NCBI GenBank assembly: GCA_963693365.1
Contig: CAVNZM010000009.1
Span: 7,359,408 to 7,423,407 of the forward strand
DNA: 64,000 nt
Direction: 5' to 3'
DNA from: Amoebidium appalachense
Lineage: Eukaryota; Protista; Ichthyosporea
Part shown: positions 1-14,760 of the stretch, one piece after another
Layout: every line of letters begins with the position of its first letter
How positions within the stretch are numbered: position 1 is the stretch's first letter
The notes under the pieces: generated by a model
Seen by the model: only the letters and a program-made list of their open reading frames with translations
Told to the model about the DNA's origin: nothing
Databases searched by the model: none
Translations under genes and position numbers: made by a program

Positions 1-247
1 TTTGAGACAAAGATGAATACTGAAGAGGAGGAGGCCTTTAAGGATCTACAAGTAACCTCGTGAGATCTTATGCAGGTAAATGTACTCGCCCGCGCAAGTG
101 TTAATAACAGCACCTTACGACTCACACTGCAATTCGGGATCTCTGCATGTAGGCTGGGTGCCAGATGCTGCCTCTAAAAAACACAGAGCTAACAGCGTAA
201 CAGTGATAGAAATAACCATGTATGATAAGCACTTTGGTAGGGGTGGT

Positions 248-263
248 GGTGTTTACAAACACC
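248..263 (-). terminator. Histone mRNA 3' stem-loop (H2B), GGTGTT-TGTA-AACACC, followed by ACCA and a CAAAG motif
   Basis: Perfect 6-bp stem with 4-nt loop ~35 nt after the H2B stop; the same stem follows all four histone genes. Confidence 0.85.
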
Positions 264-297
264 AGTTTTTTTGCGCAACAGCACAGCAGCAGACAGC

Positions 298-675
298 TTA
301 CTTGTTGGACGTGTACTTGGTCACGGCCTTGGTGCCCTCAGACACGGCGTGCTTGGCAAGCTCACCAGGCAGCAGCAGACGCACGGCCGTCTGGATCTCG
401 CGGGAGGAGATGGTGGACTTCTTGTTGTAGAGCGCGAGCTTGGACGCCTCACCGGCAACACGCTCGAAGATGTCGTTCACAAACGAGTTCATGATGGACA
501 TGGCCTTGGAGGAGATGCCGGTGTCGGGGTGCACCTGCTTGAGCACCTTGTAGATATACACGCTGTAGCTCTCCTTTCTCTTCTTCTTCTTCTTCTTGTC
601 ACCTTTCTTGGCGGCAGCGGCGGCGCCGCCCTCGCCGGCCTTCTTCTCGGCCTTCTTTCCACCCTTGGGAGGCAT
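298..675 (-). CDS. H2B: Histone H2B
   Basis: Intronless 125-aa ORF with [25 protein letters not shown]...[30 protein letters not shown]. Confidence 0.99.
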   Translation of the reverse strand: MPPKGGKKAEKKAGEGGAAAAAKKGDKKKKKKRKESYSVYIYKVLKQVHPDTGISSKAMSIMNSFVNDIFERVAGEASKLALYNKKSTISSREIQTAVRLLLPGELAKHAVSEGTKAVTKYTSNK

Positions 676-1412
<737 letters not shown>

Positions 1413-1445
1413 GTGCCTTGTCTGCTTGGTACCAAACAGCAAAAC

Positions 1446-1460
1446 GGTGTTTTAAACACC
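1446..1460 (+). terminator. Histone mRNA 3' stem-loop (H3), GGTGTT-TTA-AACACC, followed by ACCC and CAAAGA
   Basis: Same stem as the other three histone genes, 33 nt after the stop. Confidence 0.8.
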
Positions 1461-2165
1461 ACCCTTTTCAAAGATTTTACTATACACTTCCAATTTAGAA
1501 GCACATATTTTCACAGCTTGTACCCTGGCACAAAAACGTATGCACTGATAGGTCCACAAGGTGGCTTTCAATCGTGCTCAAAAACCAGATGCCAGTACCG
1601 TTTTGATATCAACTCGAAGCCCCTTTTGTGTGTTTGTGTGTGTAAGAAGTATATTTGCGCATTCATGAATGACTATCGCCTACATAGACGATCAAATAAG
1701 GAAACGCTAATAAAGGGAAAAAAGCACCCTCAGTCTTTTGCCAACTCCCCCCCTCCCCCCCTTTCCCACTCCACCCACCTCCTCTCCAAAATATCGCAAC
1801 CCCCCTGCCCCTGTTATGTGCATCAAACACTCCACTCTTACGGCTTCAATTGTTTTAGTAACTATGCTGACTAGCTTGTTTGCGTCGCGCCTGCACCTCC
1901 TCCCCCCCCGGCGTCTCCTTCCCCACCCATGGCCAACACACAGACACACACGCACCACATCCTCCCTTATGCTCCGCCTTCCTCCTTGTCTCATCACTGC
2001 ATACCCTTGCATCCTGCCACGTTAAACTTGTCACTTCTCCCCCAACCTGAAATCTAATCGCTTTTCTATTATCACGCTGGTGGCACTACGCCCCTAACGG
2101 TCCCCCCTCCCCCCCCTCCTACTCTTCCATGCTTTCCGGGCTCCCTGTATCCCTGCTTGATCCTA

Positions 2166-2209
<44 letters not shown>

Positions 2210-2490
2210 TTCCCTGCGGTTCTGCGGTCCACATACCATGAAGCCATCATAACATCGTAAAAGGGCTTCTGCTTGGCTTGGCTAAGGCTTCACCTCTCCC
2301 TAACCCCTTAATCTTACAAGCTGCGCATGCCAGAGGCACTTCCGGTCCCCCCCTCTCTCCCCGCCCCCTCCCCCTCCCTCCCCCCTTCCCCGCCCCCCCC
2401 CTTTCCCTACCAGCCGTTCCCCGTCACTCGAGATCTCTCCACAAATATATGGGCCACGTGTTTCCTGAGTCCTAATGATCACATGTTTAG

Positions 2491-2523
<33 letters not shown>

Positions 2524-3827
2524 AAGATCTTTCTCTCGACCTCCCCGGCTCCTCCCCGAGTCACACACACACTCTCTTTTTCCGTCCCTCTCTCTCCTCC
2601 CTCCCCCTCCCCCTCTATTTCTCTGTCACACACATACACACACACACTGTGATCACACACACGCACACACACACACACACACTCTCTCTCTCTCCCTCCC
2701 TCCCTCCCTCCCTTCCTCATTCTCAGGCCCCCTCTTTCTCCTCAGCCTCCCCCCCCCCCCCCCCCCTCCCGGAAAGCATTCCTCCATCTGGCCTTCGATC
2801 GATGCTTTTCGTTATACTACTTGGGCCAGCACAACACGAACGGCTCACAGTACTAACGGGCTGATGAGTATTTTTTCGCCCGATGTTCGTGCAACGGTCA
2901 GGCTAATTACTAGGATCGTGCAACGCCAATTAGGCAATGGGCACGTGGGAGTTTGCAAAATAGTTGGCGCACGTTTCACTAGCTTAGAGCTCTTCTTAAT
3001 AGATGCCCCCCTCGGTCCAAGTGACCTCCCCCCCCCCCCCCCCCTTGCACCTATTCCCCTATTTTCACCCGCGCTCTAAAACCCACCCTCTCTCTTCTTC
3101 TCCTTACTCACTAGCAGGCCCCCAACCACAGAACTGCGCTCGAGCCACTTGATCTGCAGGCTCTCGGCTCCTCCCTCCCTCCATATGCATTTGTAGTGGG
3201 TGAGGTAATGTGTAATTACGAGATGGCAATTTATTCAAATAGGGAACAGGATAACAGTAAGGTTGATGTACAAGTGCGACTCTGTCAGAGCACACGCTCT
3301 TATGATTTATTTTTACTTGTCCCTCAAGAGCTTCTAACTTCAACTTCACAGTGCTACCCCTGCAAGCTGATGCTGTTCTCCCTACTTTAGGCTACGTACT
3401 TGTGTAAAACATTCTCCCACTCAGATCACAGGTCGTATTTGCGTGTACAAATTTACCCATCACGGTGAAGTGAGCATGCCCCATCAAGCACACGGGCCTA
3501 CCCAGACATTTCCACGTTACATTCTGGCCGGGCTCCGGAGGATGGGGGGAAAACTGCCCTAGCAATACTTTCTGACTGATAGTGCTCAACGATGGGCGTA
3601 CTAGCCTCAAAAAACCACTGCAACCTAAATAGTATTTTCGTGCCAGTCCCAAGAATCACCCAAGCTAAGCATACATGCAAGTAGATGCCCTAATGAAAGC
3701 TACAGAAAGCATACATTTTTGTATGTATATGCACTATATGAGCCTCACAGGCACCAGGACAACACCCAAAACTTTTGAGGTAGGGCCTGGTAGGCCTACA
3801 CATACGATAACAACTTTGAGAAGAGGT

Positions 3828-3844
3828 GGTGTTGAAAAAACACC
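3828..3844 (-). terminator. Histone mRNA 3' stem-loop (H4), GGTGTT-TTTTC-AACACC, followed by ACC and CAAAG
   Basis: Same stem ~43 nt after the H4 stop. Confidence 0.8.
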
Positions 3845-3887
3845 ATAATAGTTTGTGGTGGGCCTGCTCACAGGTTTGCAGGCATGT

Positions 3888-4913
<1,026 letters not shown>

Positions 4914-4940
4914 AGCCACACAGCGAAAGATGCAAACACT

Positions 4941-4956
4941 GGTGTTTATAAACACC
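4941..4956 (+). terminator. Histone mRNA 3' stem-loop (H2A), GGTGTT-TATA-AACACC, followed by ACCA-N6-CAAGAAG
   Basis: Perfect 6-bp stem with 4-nt loop 27 nt after the stop. Confidence 0.85.
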
Positions 4957-5031
4957 ACCACTTTTCCAAGAAGTTTGTACTGTCCTTTAGCTCACGGAAA
5001 GGGGATAGATATTTCAGTGGTGCTATATTAG

Positions 5032-5067
<36 letters not shown>

Positions 5068-5707
5068 CACGCTTGCATGCACACCAACCATTGCTGTATG
5101 TTTTTTTTGTTTTTTTTTTCATATTTACGTGGTTGGTGTACGCTCAGTGTTTGGTGCATATATAGGTGCAGTGTAAACCAAGATCATGGCCAACCCGGCA
5201 GGAAGCTGTGCATACCACGAGGGACCGTTTGGGGTGGATGCTAGGATCTGGAAGAGTGTTTGCAGCACTTCAGGAAAGTTCATGTGGGGAGGGGCTTCTC
5301 TCTCTCTCTCTCCCTATTCTTTTTTGGGAGAAGTGATAGGGGGGGAGGAGGGGAGGGGAGGCGCAAGAGTGATGAAAAACAAAGGTTACACGTGCACCTA
5401 ACTTGACTCTTCCTATTTCAGATTGCCAAACCAGAGGATGAGTGCATGGTTTTTGAAATTTCCCATCGCCAACTATTTCAGTTTACAAAAATTGGTAAAA
5501 TATGTTTTAACACCGTGAGACGGGCACACGTGCATCGAACTGGTACAGGAAAAAATTTATACGAACAAATTTAAACCGGTCCTCTGGCCGAACACACACC
5601 CCTGCGGGAGAGCCAGGTGTAAACCGACAGCCAAAAGGGCAACGAAACGAGTATTACGGAAAAAGTTTGCACTTCACTTCACATTCGCGCACGCAGCGGC
5701 CGGGGGT

Positions 5708-5743
<36 letters not shown>

Positions 5744-5975
5744 CAACGAAGGTGAAATACATCAGCCCACCCTCTTTCCACCTGATTCTTCCTCTCGCTA
5801 TCTCACTCCCTCTTTCTTTTCTCTTCCTGTTTTTTCTGCCTTTTCGCGTTATTACCATACGCAGTATAAGTTTCTTTCTCGTTCTGATAGAGAAATCAAA
5901 GGTAAAACTCAGTCGGCATGTGTTATGTTCCTTAGGCAACACCGTACTGATCATTATCGCTTTTTGGGAGCTTTG

Positions 5976-6387
5976 GCAGGATACATTTCTCCTGCTGTAC
6001 GTATGGCTACCACCCTAGTAGATAAGTCTGTATGGTGCTCTGATGTTGATATTGCCTGGGAAGTTGTGCAGTGGCGCTGTAATTCTTGTTTTCATCGCCG
6101 CTGGTGCCACTTTTGTGCTGACCTTTTTTCTCGCAAGCATGTTGATAGGTGTGAATTTTTATGCCGCGTTTTACCTCTTTCCCTCCGGGTATCTGCTACA
6201 CTAGCTGGCAATGTGAACACTTTAGACTTTTTGTTGAATTCTGTTGGTCGTCACATTGAGTATTTATATGATTTTCACACAGTGTTCAGGTATCTCAGTA
6301 TGCACTTGTTACTGGATAACTCGTGAAGTTTTTCTTGTCTTCTCCGTATGCCGTGCATACTTGCATATCTTTCCGTTGAATAAATCC
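5976..6387 (+). repeat. ~410-bp dispersed repeat (copy A) containing a Cys/His/Trp-rich ORF (ATG ~6004, stop 6326)
   Basis: Highly similar to the reverse complement of 14279-14696; ORF intact in both copies. Confidence 0.9.
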
Positions 6388-6551
6388 AGTCAAAAGAAAA
6401 AAATGAAATACATACGGGCCAGTTCGGTGATTGAGCTGAATTTTGAAATTTCATTCAGCTCAAAGTTTAGCCCTACGGGGGCACAAAAAGTATATGTAGG
6501 CCTACGGCTGTTTGTGCCCAGTACACGGTGCCTACGAAAGTATTAAGCGGC

Positions 6552-6728
6552 ATAGCATAGAATTGGCGTAATACCAAGCTGCTGCAGTGGCAAGCACAAT
6601 TTACTACATATTCATAGGTTTCTGTGTTTATCAGTGAGTGTGAAAAGTATGCGGAAATACGATAGCATAGAATTGGTGCAACGAGTACCAAGCAGTGGCA
6701 AGCACAATTTACTACATATTCACAGGTT
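6552..6728. repeat. Imperfect ~68-bp direct repeat pair (6552-6620, 6662-6728) downstream of the Nudix stop
   Basis: ATAGCATAGAATTGG...GCAGTGGCAAGCACAATTTACTACATATTCA occurs twice. Confidence 0.85.
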
Positions 6729-6805
6729 CATTTGTTTTTTTTTGCTAACTAATACTTATAATCAGTGGCCTTGTATATAACTATAAGTTAAATGAGTTTC
6801 TACCA

Positions 6806-7223
6806 TTATTTTTTCACCACATACCCAGGAACGGTTAATATTCCCGCCCTCACCATTTTTACCGCCCTCTCAAGTACTTCGTGCAACCCCGCCGTACACG
6901 TGCCCACAGAATTCAGCCCAGAACTCCACTTAACCCACTTAGCGTCGTCCACGTCATCGCTTGGATACGGCTCCTGATTGGTGCTGCACCAACCAATCAA
7001 ATCGACGACTGCGTAGTGGAACAAGACGGTCCCGTCTGGGTTTTTGTGCACCGAGTCGATGGCGGTGACTACGTCACCCACCCACGCCTTGATGCCTGTT
7101 TCTTCCTCTACCTGTAGGTACAGTTTTAACATGATCTATTAGCTGCCATATGTCATACCCGGAACGGTAGCTAATGAAAATTATCCCCCCCCCCCCCCCC
7201 CCCCCCCCCCCACACACACACAA

Positions 7224-7314
<91 letters not shown>

Positions 7315-7351
7315 GTCATTATTAAAAACCCTCACCCTCCACTAGCGGGCC

Positions 7352-7389
<38 letters not shown>

Positions 7390-7574
7390 CCAACCAACCA
7401 ACCAACCAACCAACCACCACCACCACCACCACTACGGAACAGACACACACATATCAAGAGCCCATAAACACGAGGTTCCAAGGGGTATAATGCACAAGCT
7501 TGAATGCTGACTGCTCATAAAAATTTCAGTGTGTTCTTATGGAACCACAAAAGCCGTGAGAGCGGGAGAGAGAG

Positions 7575-7622
<48 letters not shown>

Positions 7623-7762
7623 GGATCGGCCATTTTCGTCCTAAAAAGTTATGGTTCTGCATGTCGCTTGGTACCCCAAAGTCCCATCCTCCCTACACAC
7701 GTGAACTACTCCCTCCACTCCTCCAACTACCCCCCCCCCCCCCCCCCCCCCCACCACCACCA

Positions 7763-7850
<88 letters not shown>

Positions 7851-7924
7851 AGTCGAAACATTTCTCCCTCTCTCTCTCTCCCCCCCCCCCCCCTCCCAAA
7901 AGGAAAGTAACACGCACATCCACA

Positions 7925-7958
<34 letters not shown>

Positions 7959-8699
7959 TTCCTCCCTCCTCACACACCCCGTCCCCCCCACCTACCTCTC
8001 TGTATCCCCCCTCACTCAGCGTCTCCCCCAGCTCCAGACTGCCCCCTGGCAGCGACCACAGCCCCTTTGCCGGCTCCTTGGCTCGACGAATCAAAAGCAC
8101 GTCCCAGGTGCCTGGATCGGAATCTAAAGTAGGATTTTCATTGGTTGGTTTGGATATTTGAAATCATTTATTGGTTCACCATAATAAATTCTATTAGCTA
8201 ACCACGCACTCGCGCTATATATGGTAAATATCAGAAATAACAGCACGGTTTGCGGCTACACCACGGCCTTACACGATGGAAGAGTGGCTTGCACATGCGT
8301 ATACCGCAGTTATATTTTGTCTCTCTCATCCCCAAGACATGCAACATCAACACTACGGATTTAGATTTAGGATTAGAAATGGTTGAGATTGTGTGTTTTT
8401 GCGCCTTTTTTTTCCGTTCCACACGGGATGATCCCTTCCCACTCTCATCCCCCCCCCCTCCCATCCCCCCCTTTCCCCCATCCACCTCATTCCCCACCTC
8501 TCTCTCACGCATACACAAACATGCAAAAATGTGCGCACACGCACACACACACACACACATGCACGCGCACACACACGCGGACCCATGTACAACAAGGTGG
8601 AGAATAAATGGAAAAGGCTAAGGGACTTCGTGAATGTGGGAGGGGAGGGAGTTAGAAAGTTGAAGAGCGACGAAAAGAGGATTGGGGGAGTGTGTGTGT

Positions 8700-8730
<31 letters not shown>

Positions 8731-10204
8731 GAAGGAGGGGTCCGTGTGTGTGTGTCAGAGTGTCTGTTCGTATGAGGGTAGGAATGTGTGGATACGTGTG
8801 TGTGGATGTGTGTGTGAGTGTGAGTGTGTGTTTGTGCCTGTATGTGTGTTTGTGTGTGTGCAACATCCTGCGTATATATAGCTCGCGAATGTCCAGTATG
8901 CTACATGGTTTTGAGGTTAGACAAGTGGTGTCAGAGGTGGAAGGCGGGGGGAGGGGGGAGGGGGGGAGGGGGGAGGGGGAGAAGGGGGGAGGGTAGATTG
9001 TGTTAATCGGTACGAAGTACACAGTCATAACGGACAACACAATGCAGAGTGCAAACCACACGTAAAGGAGTATGCATAATAAGCAGCGTCAGGGGAGGGG
9101 GAGGGGGAGGGAGGCAGGGGGGGGGGGGGGGGGGGGGGGGATCTGCAACAGAAAACATTAAACAACAAAGAAGATTGCATCAGCAAAGGACACCAAAGTT
9201 GCCACGAAAAAGCTAATCCTAAAATCGAGTGTCCCCATGGCTTGTTTAGAGGGGTGAGGGGTGGGGTGGGGCGGTGGGGTGTGTTGTTGGGTGGCGGTGG
9301 GGATGGTGGTGGTGGTGGTGGTGGGTGTGTGTGTGTTTTTGTTTGGGGGGGGGGGGGGGGGGGGGGGGGGGGAGGAGGGGGGGGGGGGGGGGGGGGAATG
9401 TGTGGGCGTAGGTAGGTGTGTGAACGTGTCCAACTAGGTCGAAAATAGAGGTTGGTGCAACACGGGAGAGGTGTGAAAAGAGAGAATTTATGCCCTACCA
9501 CGGAACCAAAACCACCCAAACACGCACACGGAACATGTGCCAACACACATCTGCCCCTCAACCAGCCCCTCCCCCTCCCCCGCCCCCCCTTCCCCTCTCC
9601 CCCCTCCCCCCCCCCATGCACACATGCGGACACAAAATAAATTACAATTTACACCCCCCTTCCCCCCCCCCCCCCCCCCCTCCCCCTCTCTCCTACCCTA
9701 TCCATCCCCATACCTTGCGTTCCCCACCCCCTCTCCTCCCCCGTCACCTGCAAATGAAACACACGAACAAGCATCCAAGTAAGCAAGATTAGGACGTCGA
9801 GGAGGGAGAGAAAGTGTTTGTTGTGTAAGTTTTTTTTTTTTTCTTTTTTCCTTTTTTCCTTTTTTTTTTGTTGTTTTGGGGGGGGGGGGGGGGGGGGGGG
9901 GGGCATTGTGCTCACCTTGTGCTCCTCTAAAGACTGCCACTGATACACCCACCCTGGGCCGTGTTGGCGGAACATATGTACCCATTGCTCTCTTGAACAA
10001 ACTTCCATATATGGAAGTACACGTGACTATATTTGGATATCTTCCTGCCATATAAGGGAAGTGACCGCGCGATATGTGTGAATGTACAGCCCTTATGCAG
10101 TGAAATGATGCTTGGTTTTGGCTTGCGAATAGGTGCTTAGAAAGGGCTAGTTTGCGAGCGAGGGGGGACATTTGTGAACGTGAGAATAGATTATGTAGAG
10201 ACAT
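6806..10204 (-). CDS. Nudix hydrolase, 3 exons (10204 or 10171-9916, 8123-7996, 7111-6806), possible N-terminal mitochondrial presequence
   Basis: GT-AG introns in matching phase rebuild a perfect Nudix box [16 protein letters not shown]|VEEETGI (GX5EX7REUXEEXGU); also [29 protein letters not shown] and [10 protein letters not shown]. Start codon uncertain. Confidence 0.9.
7224..7313. repeat. (AAT)n microsatellite in Nudix intron 2
   Basis: About 30 AAT units. Confidence 0.95.
8991..9090 (-). mobile_element. 5'-truncated copy of the poly(C)-associated repeat family (putative Penelope-like 3' end)
   Basis: GTACGAAGTACAC...ACAACACAATGCAGAGTGCAA...GAGTATGCATAATAAGCAG closely matches 25521-25620 and 30567-30672; G-rich on both sides. 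Confidence 0.7.
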
Positions 10205-10349
10205 GATGGGATAAAACTTTTGAATAAATGATCGGGATAAACAGAAGACTGGCACCCAAGGAAAGGTGGTGATATCTTACCGTGATTGTGTGCGTGTGAG
10301 TGTGGGTATCTAGTAGTAAGAGAAGGTGGGGAGGACGGAGGGTCTGCTG

Positions 10350-10384
<35 letters not shown>

Positions 10385-10577
10385 GTAGAGGAGGATTGAA
10401 CGTGAAAGACCAGTATTCGTAAGTGTTGAAGGTTCTTCTACATATATATAGTGTAATCCTATGATGGAATTTGCGCCTTCTTGGTCCGCCTCTATCTATG
10501 TCGTTGAAAACTTTACCAAATATAACGCATAGAATGGCTTACGAAGCATCAACAGAGACGGCTTCTCACCGTTCACC

Positions 10578-10689
<112 letters not shown>

Positions 10690-11398
10690 AGCGCATGTCC
10701 GTGTGCGTGTGCGTGTGCGTGTGTCCTTGTGCGTGTCTGCTTGTGCGTGTGCGTGTGCGTGTGCGTGTGGGGGAAGGGGAGGGGGGGGGGGGGGGGGGGG
10801 GGAGGGGGGGGGACCACATTAGTAAGTACATGGGAGTTCTACACTCTGCCACATCACAGTATAAGCAACCAGATGAGCACAAAACAAATACTAAATTTTA
10901 GGTAAGATGAATCGCGGAATCAGGGTGGTTGGGCAAGGGCGGGATGGTGGGTGGGGGGGAGGGGGGGGGGGGGGAGAGGGGGGGAGGGGGGGAGGGGGTA
11001 AAATAGGGGGTCAAGGGAGTGATGGGATGGGGAAAGGTAGAAAGCATTTTTTCTTTCTTCTTCTCATTCTACTTTCTCTTTACATTTGTTTAATCAATTA
11101 CTTATCTGTTATAAGTAAAGAGTCTTTTTTTATTTCTTTCCTTTCTCTCTTTCTTTCTTTTTTTTTTTTTGGGGGGGGGGGGGGGGGGGGAGGGGGGAGG
11201 GGGCTTTGTTTGAGAACTTCATGCACGATATGACAGCAACTAAGGAGAACCACAGAAAGATACGCTTTGCATGCATGTACAGCTTTGAAAAGAGGTAGGT
11301 GCACACGTGCATAACGAGGGAAGGTGGCAGAACAAAGGGCACTGCTGAGAACCACAAGAACAGGTGGTGATAGATACCCTCGAGCGGACGGCAGGCAC

Positions 11399-11399
<1 letters not shown>

Positions 11400-11430
<31 letters not shown>

Positions 11431-11679
11431 TGGAGGGAGGTGGCGACGGGGGGAGAAGTTAGAGCAAGAGGGGGGGGGAGGAGGAGGGGAGAGAGGAGAG
11501 GGAGGGAGAGGGAGGGAGGGAGAGAGAGAGTGTGTGTGTGTTGGGGGCGGGGGGGAGGGCTCCGAGGGGCAGAGAGAGGGGGGGAGGGAGGGGGGAGGGA
11601 GGGGGGTAGAGGGAGGGCGGATGAAGGGGAAGAAAGAGAGAGATGCGGGGAGGGGGGGGGGGGGGGAGGGGGAGGAGCG

Positions 11680-11748
<69 letters not shown>

Positions 11749-12314
11749 AAGAGAGAGAGGAGGTGTGCCTGTGTGTGTGTGAGTGTGAGAGAGAGAGAGG
11801 GGGGGGGGAGCCTCCGAGGGAGGGAGCGAGGGAGAGGGGAGGGAGGGAGAAGGAGAGATATTAGGGGAGGGAGGGGGGGGGGGGGGAGGGGGAGAAGAAG
11901 GAGTGTGTGAGTGAGTGACTCGAGACGGAGAACGAGAGTGAGAGCGAGATCCTTCGAGAGAGAGAGTGGGGGGGGGGGGGGTGGGGGGGAGAGGGGAGGG
12001 GGGGGGGGAGGGGGAGGTTAAAGAGGGGGGGGGGGGGAGGGGAGGGGGGAGGGTGGGAGGGTGGGTGGGAGAGAGGGGGGGGGGGGGGGGTGGGGAGGGG
12101 GTGGGGGGAGGGGGGGGGAGAGGGGGGGGAGAGAGAGAGAGAGAGTGTGTGTGTGTGTGTGAGAAAAAGGGAGATAGAGAGAGAGAGAGAGAGAAGAGAG
12201 AAAATTCTCTGCAAGGGGCTGAAGGCGGAGGTGGTGGTGGTGGAGGGGGGAGGGGGGGGGGGGGGGGGGGGGGCGGAAGGGAAGGCGGCATATGTGTGTG
12301 CGTGTTTGGGGGAA

Positions 12315-12360
<46 letters not shown>

Positions 12361-12370
12361 AGGGGGGGAC
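11400..12370. repeat. ~1-kb polypurine tract of G runs and (GA)n
   Basis: Plus strand is almost entirely G/A. Confidence 0.9.
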
Positions 12371-13129
12371 TCTGATGCACAGGTGCAACTGCGTAGTAAA
12401 TGCACATATCAATATCCGATTCTTTTCCCGAAGGCCTCTCTCTCCCTGATTCTCCTATCGCCCCCTGTCCCCCGCCCACACCCAGCATCACAACCTCGAA
12501 CTGTTACCAACCTAAATATAGCACAACAGCCACCCCTGCCACCCCTCCTTTTTCTGCTTTCACCGACACCAGCCCGAGTTTTCTTCAAAACATGAAGGGG
12601 AGGAGTGTAAACCCTGTATACGTACTTGGTTGTTGGAGGGAAGGGCTCTGTAGCTTGCAACAAGCTCGGGGGCCTCCCACAGGCGTCTGCACGTGCGTGG
12701 TAACTGTATAAGCCCACGTGCAGACGTGTTGTGACTGCATGAATGTGCACGTGCAGTACAGCCCGCTCTTTGCTCGAAGCTTCTCACGAACACAGAGGAC
12801 ACGTGCGCACGCAGTGACGTGTGCTTGTCTGGCACGCACGAGGGGGTCACGCTCAGTCTACACTGCAGGTATGCACGGTGCACCTCCGTTTTGCCGTGAT
12901 ATCGTGCGTGAGACTTACGAGGGGTTATCTATCTTGTACGTGGAACATGCCGGAATGCAGCATGGAACGTAACGGAGATAGGTTGACCAACATTAGCGCT
13001 TGTATCACTTTATATGGCTGCAAATTCCGCGTTTTAAAGCTTTCGCCGGTTGGCCACAGCAGTGTGCGTGGTCACGATATCGGTTTATCAAGAATAAAAA
13101 CGGACAAGCACGTAAGCACACATACACTA

Positions 13130-14760
13130 GGGCCTTATGAAAATATCCCGGGTATCACGGTGATATTTAGGGGTGTCCTGGATACCTGATATATCTCGTG
13201 ATATTCAGGTCCAGCTTGGGATGTATCCCGTGATATTCAGGGAGGGGGCGCAAAAAGATATATCTTTTGGTATCCACCGAAGTGTGATATATCCTGGGCC
13301 AAGGAGCAAGATATATCAGGCCCTTTTTTGTTTATGTTATCTATAAGAAATGGCCATGTGGGGGACCTTACGGGCGAGATTTGATCTTGGTGAACAACAT
13401 CAAACGACCAATGCAAACAAACAGATTATTTCCAAAATCATTGTCTTAGCCATAAATGGGTGATTTTATCGGGAATTAGCCAATTATGCACCACTTGCAC
13501 CTCCGGCCAGGGAGCAAACATTTCTCAAACAAAATAAAGCAATGAATTATAGAATTGATTTCAAATTTACACATGATGAAGCTGAGGCAAAGCTTATTTT
13601 GTACAATAAGGTGCATGAACAAGTACATATGCCGCATAGTGAACTTTGATATGCAATGTATCAGTGTGTTCATGTAGTATACGCACATAGCATGCATATG
13701 CATATGCCATGGCCAGTTCAACACCAGCTCATCCGCATCCTCAGCGCTGATATGCGGCATGCACATAAATTTGGCCGGCCACATACAAATACTAATGGCT
13801 TAGCTTTGTAAAAAGCAGAGTTATACATTGCCTAAGTTCTGTAAAAGGGACTCACAGCAGAAAGGTATATTTGGGCGTATACTCTGCCTTAAAGTTTGGT
13901 GAGAGATATACGTACGATAGGTTTGCCCAAAAGGATAATTTGGCCGGGATACTTGTGTATGATAATCTTTTTCTTTTGACTCGGTTTTCAAATGATTGAT
14001 CCGTTGATGAAGGCATGCGCAACGTGCAGCCACAGGCTACATAACCACCAATAGAACTGAAAAAAGCCAAAGCTACGAAATAAAAATAAAGCGACAAGTG
14101 ACAAAGGACACCAGCGGGCAAAACCTTAAGTGTACGTGTGCGTGAAACTAGTGTGATAATCAGGGGCTTGACGGGATACTTTTGATATATCTTTTGATAT
14201 TCAGGGACAAATTTGGGAAATATGGTAATAATTACTCAGGGCACTCTCAGAAAAAAAAAGGGGATATTCAGGGGCTAAGGATTTATTCGACGGAAAGATT
14301 TGCAACTATGCACGGCATACTGAGAAGACAATAAAAACTTCACGAGTTATCCAGTAACAAGTGCATACTGAGATATCTGAACACCGTGTGAAAATCATAT
14401 AAATACTCAATATGACGACCAACAGAATTCAACAAAAAGTCTAAAGTGTTCACATTGCCAGCTAGTGTACATGTAGCAGACAACCGTAGGGAAAGAGGTA
14501 AAACGCGACATAAAAACTCACACCTATCAACATGCTTACGATTAAAAAGTTCAGCACAAAAGTGGCACCAGCGGCGATGAAAACAAGAATTACAGTGCCA
14601 CTGCACAACTTCCCAGGCAATATCAACATCAGAGCACCATACAGACGTATCTACTAGGGTGGTATCCATACGTACAGCAGGAGAAATGTATCCTGCGGTA
14701 TTTTCGTGATATATCCCGGTTGATACTCAGGGCGAAAAACAGGATATTTTCATAAGGCCC
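13130..14760. mobile_element. Non-autonomous DNA transposon with 19-bp TIRs GGGCCTTATGAAAATATCC and flanking TA dinucleotides
   Basis: Perfect inverted repeats at 13130-13148 and 14742-14760; TA at 13128-29 and 14761-62; subterminal clusters of GATAT(A/T)(T/C) and GATATTCAGG motifs; no recognisable transposase. Confidence 0.85.
14279..14696 (-). repeat. Copy B of the 410-bp Cys-rich ORF repeat (ORF 14669-14340), nested in the TIR element
   Basis: Inverted, highly similar copy of 5976-6387 with a 6-bp in-frame insertion. Confidence 0.9.

Noticed and set aside
1-63. FETKMNTEEEEAFKDLQ resembles the RT-RNase H connection of LTR retrotransposons
   Set aside because: Only ~20 codons at the window edge before a stop; cannot be supported
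3392-3652. 86-aa minus-strand ORF between H3 and H4 with WKCLGRPVC, loosely transposon-like
   Set aside because: No family motif, splice structure or TIRs that I can confirm
13350-14140. Internal ORFs of the TIR element as a transposase
   Set aside because: Short, with no recognisable DDE or helix-turn-helix motifs
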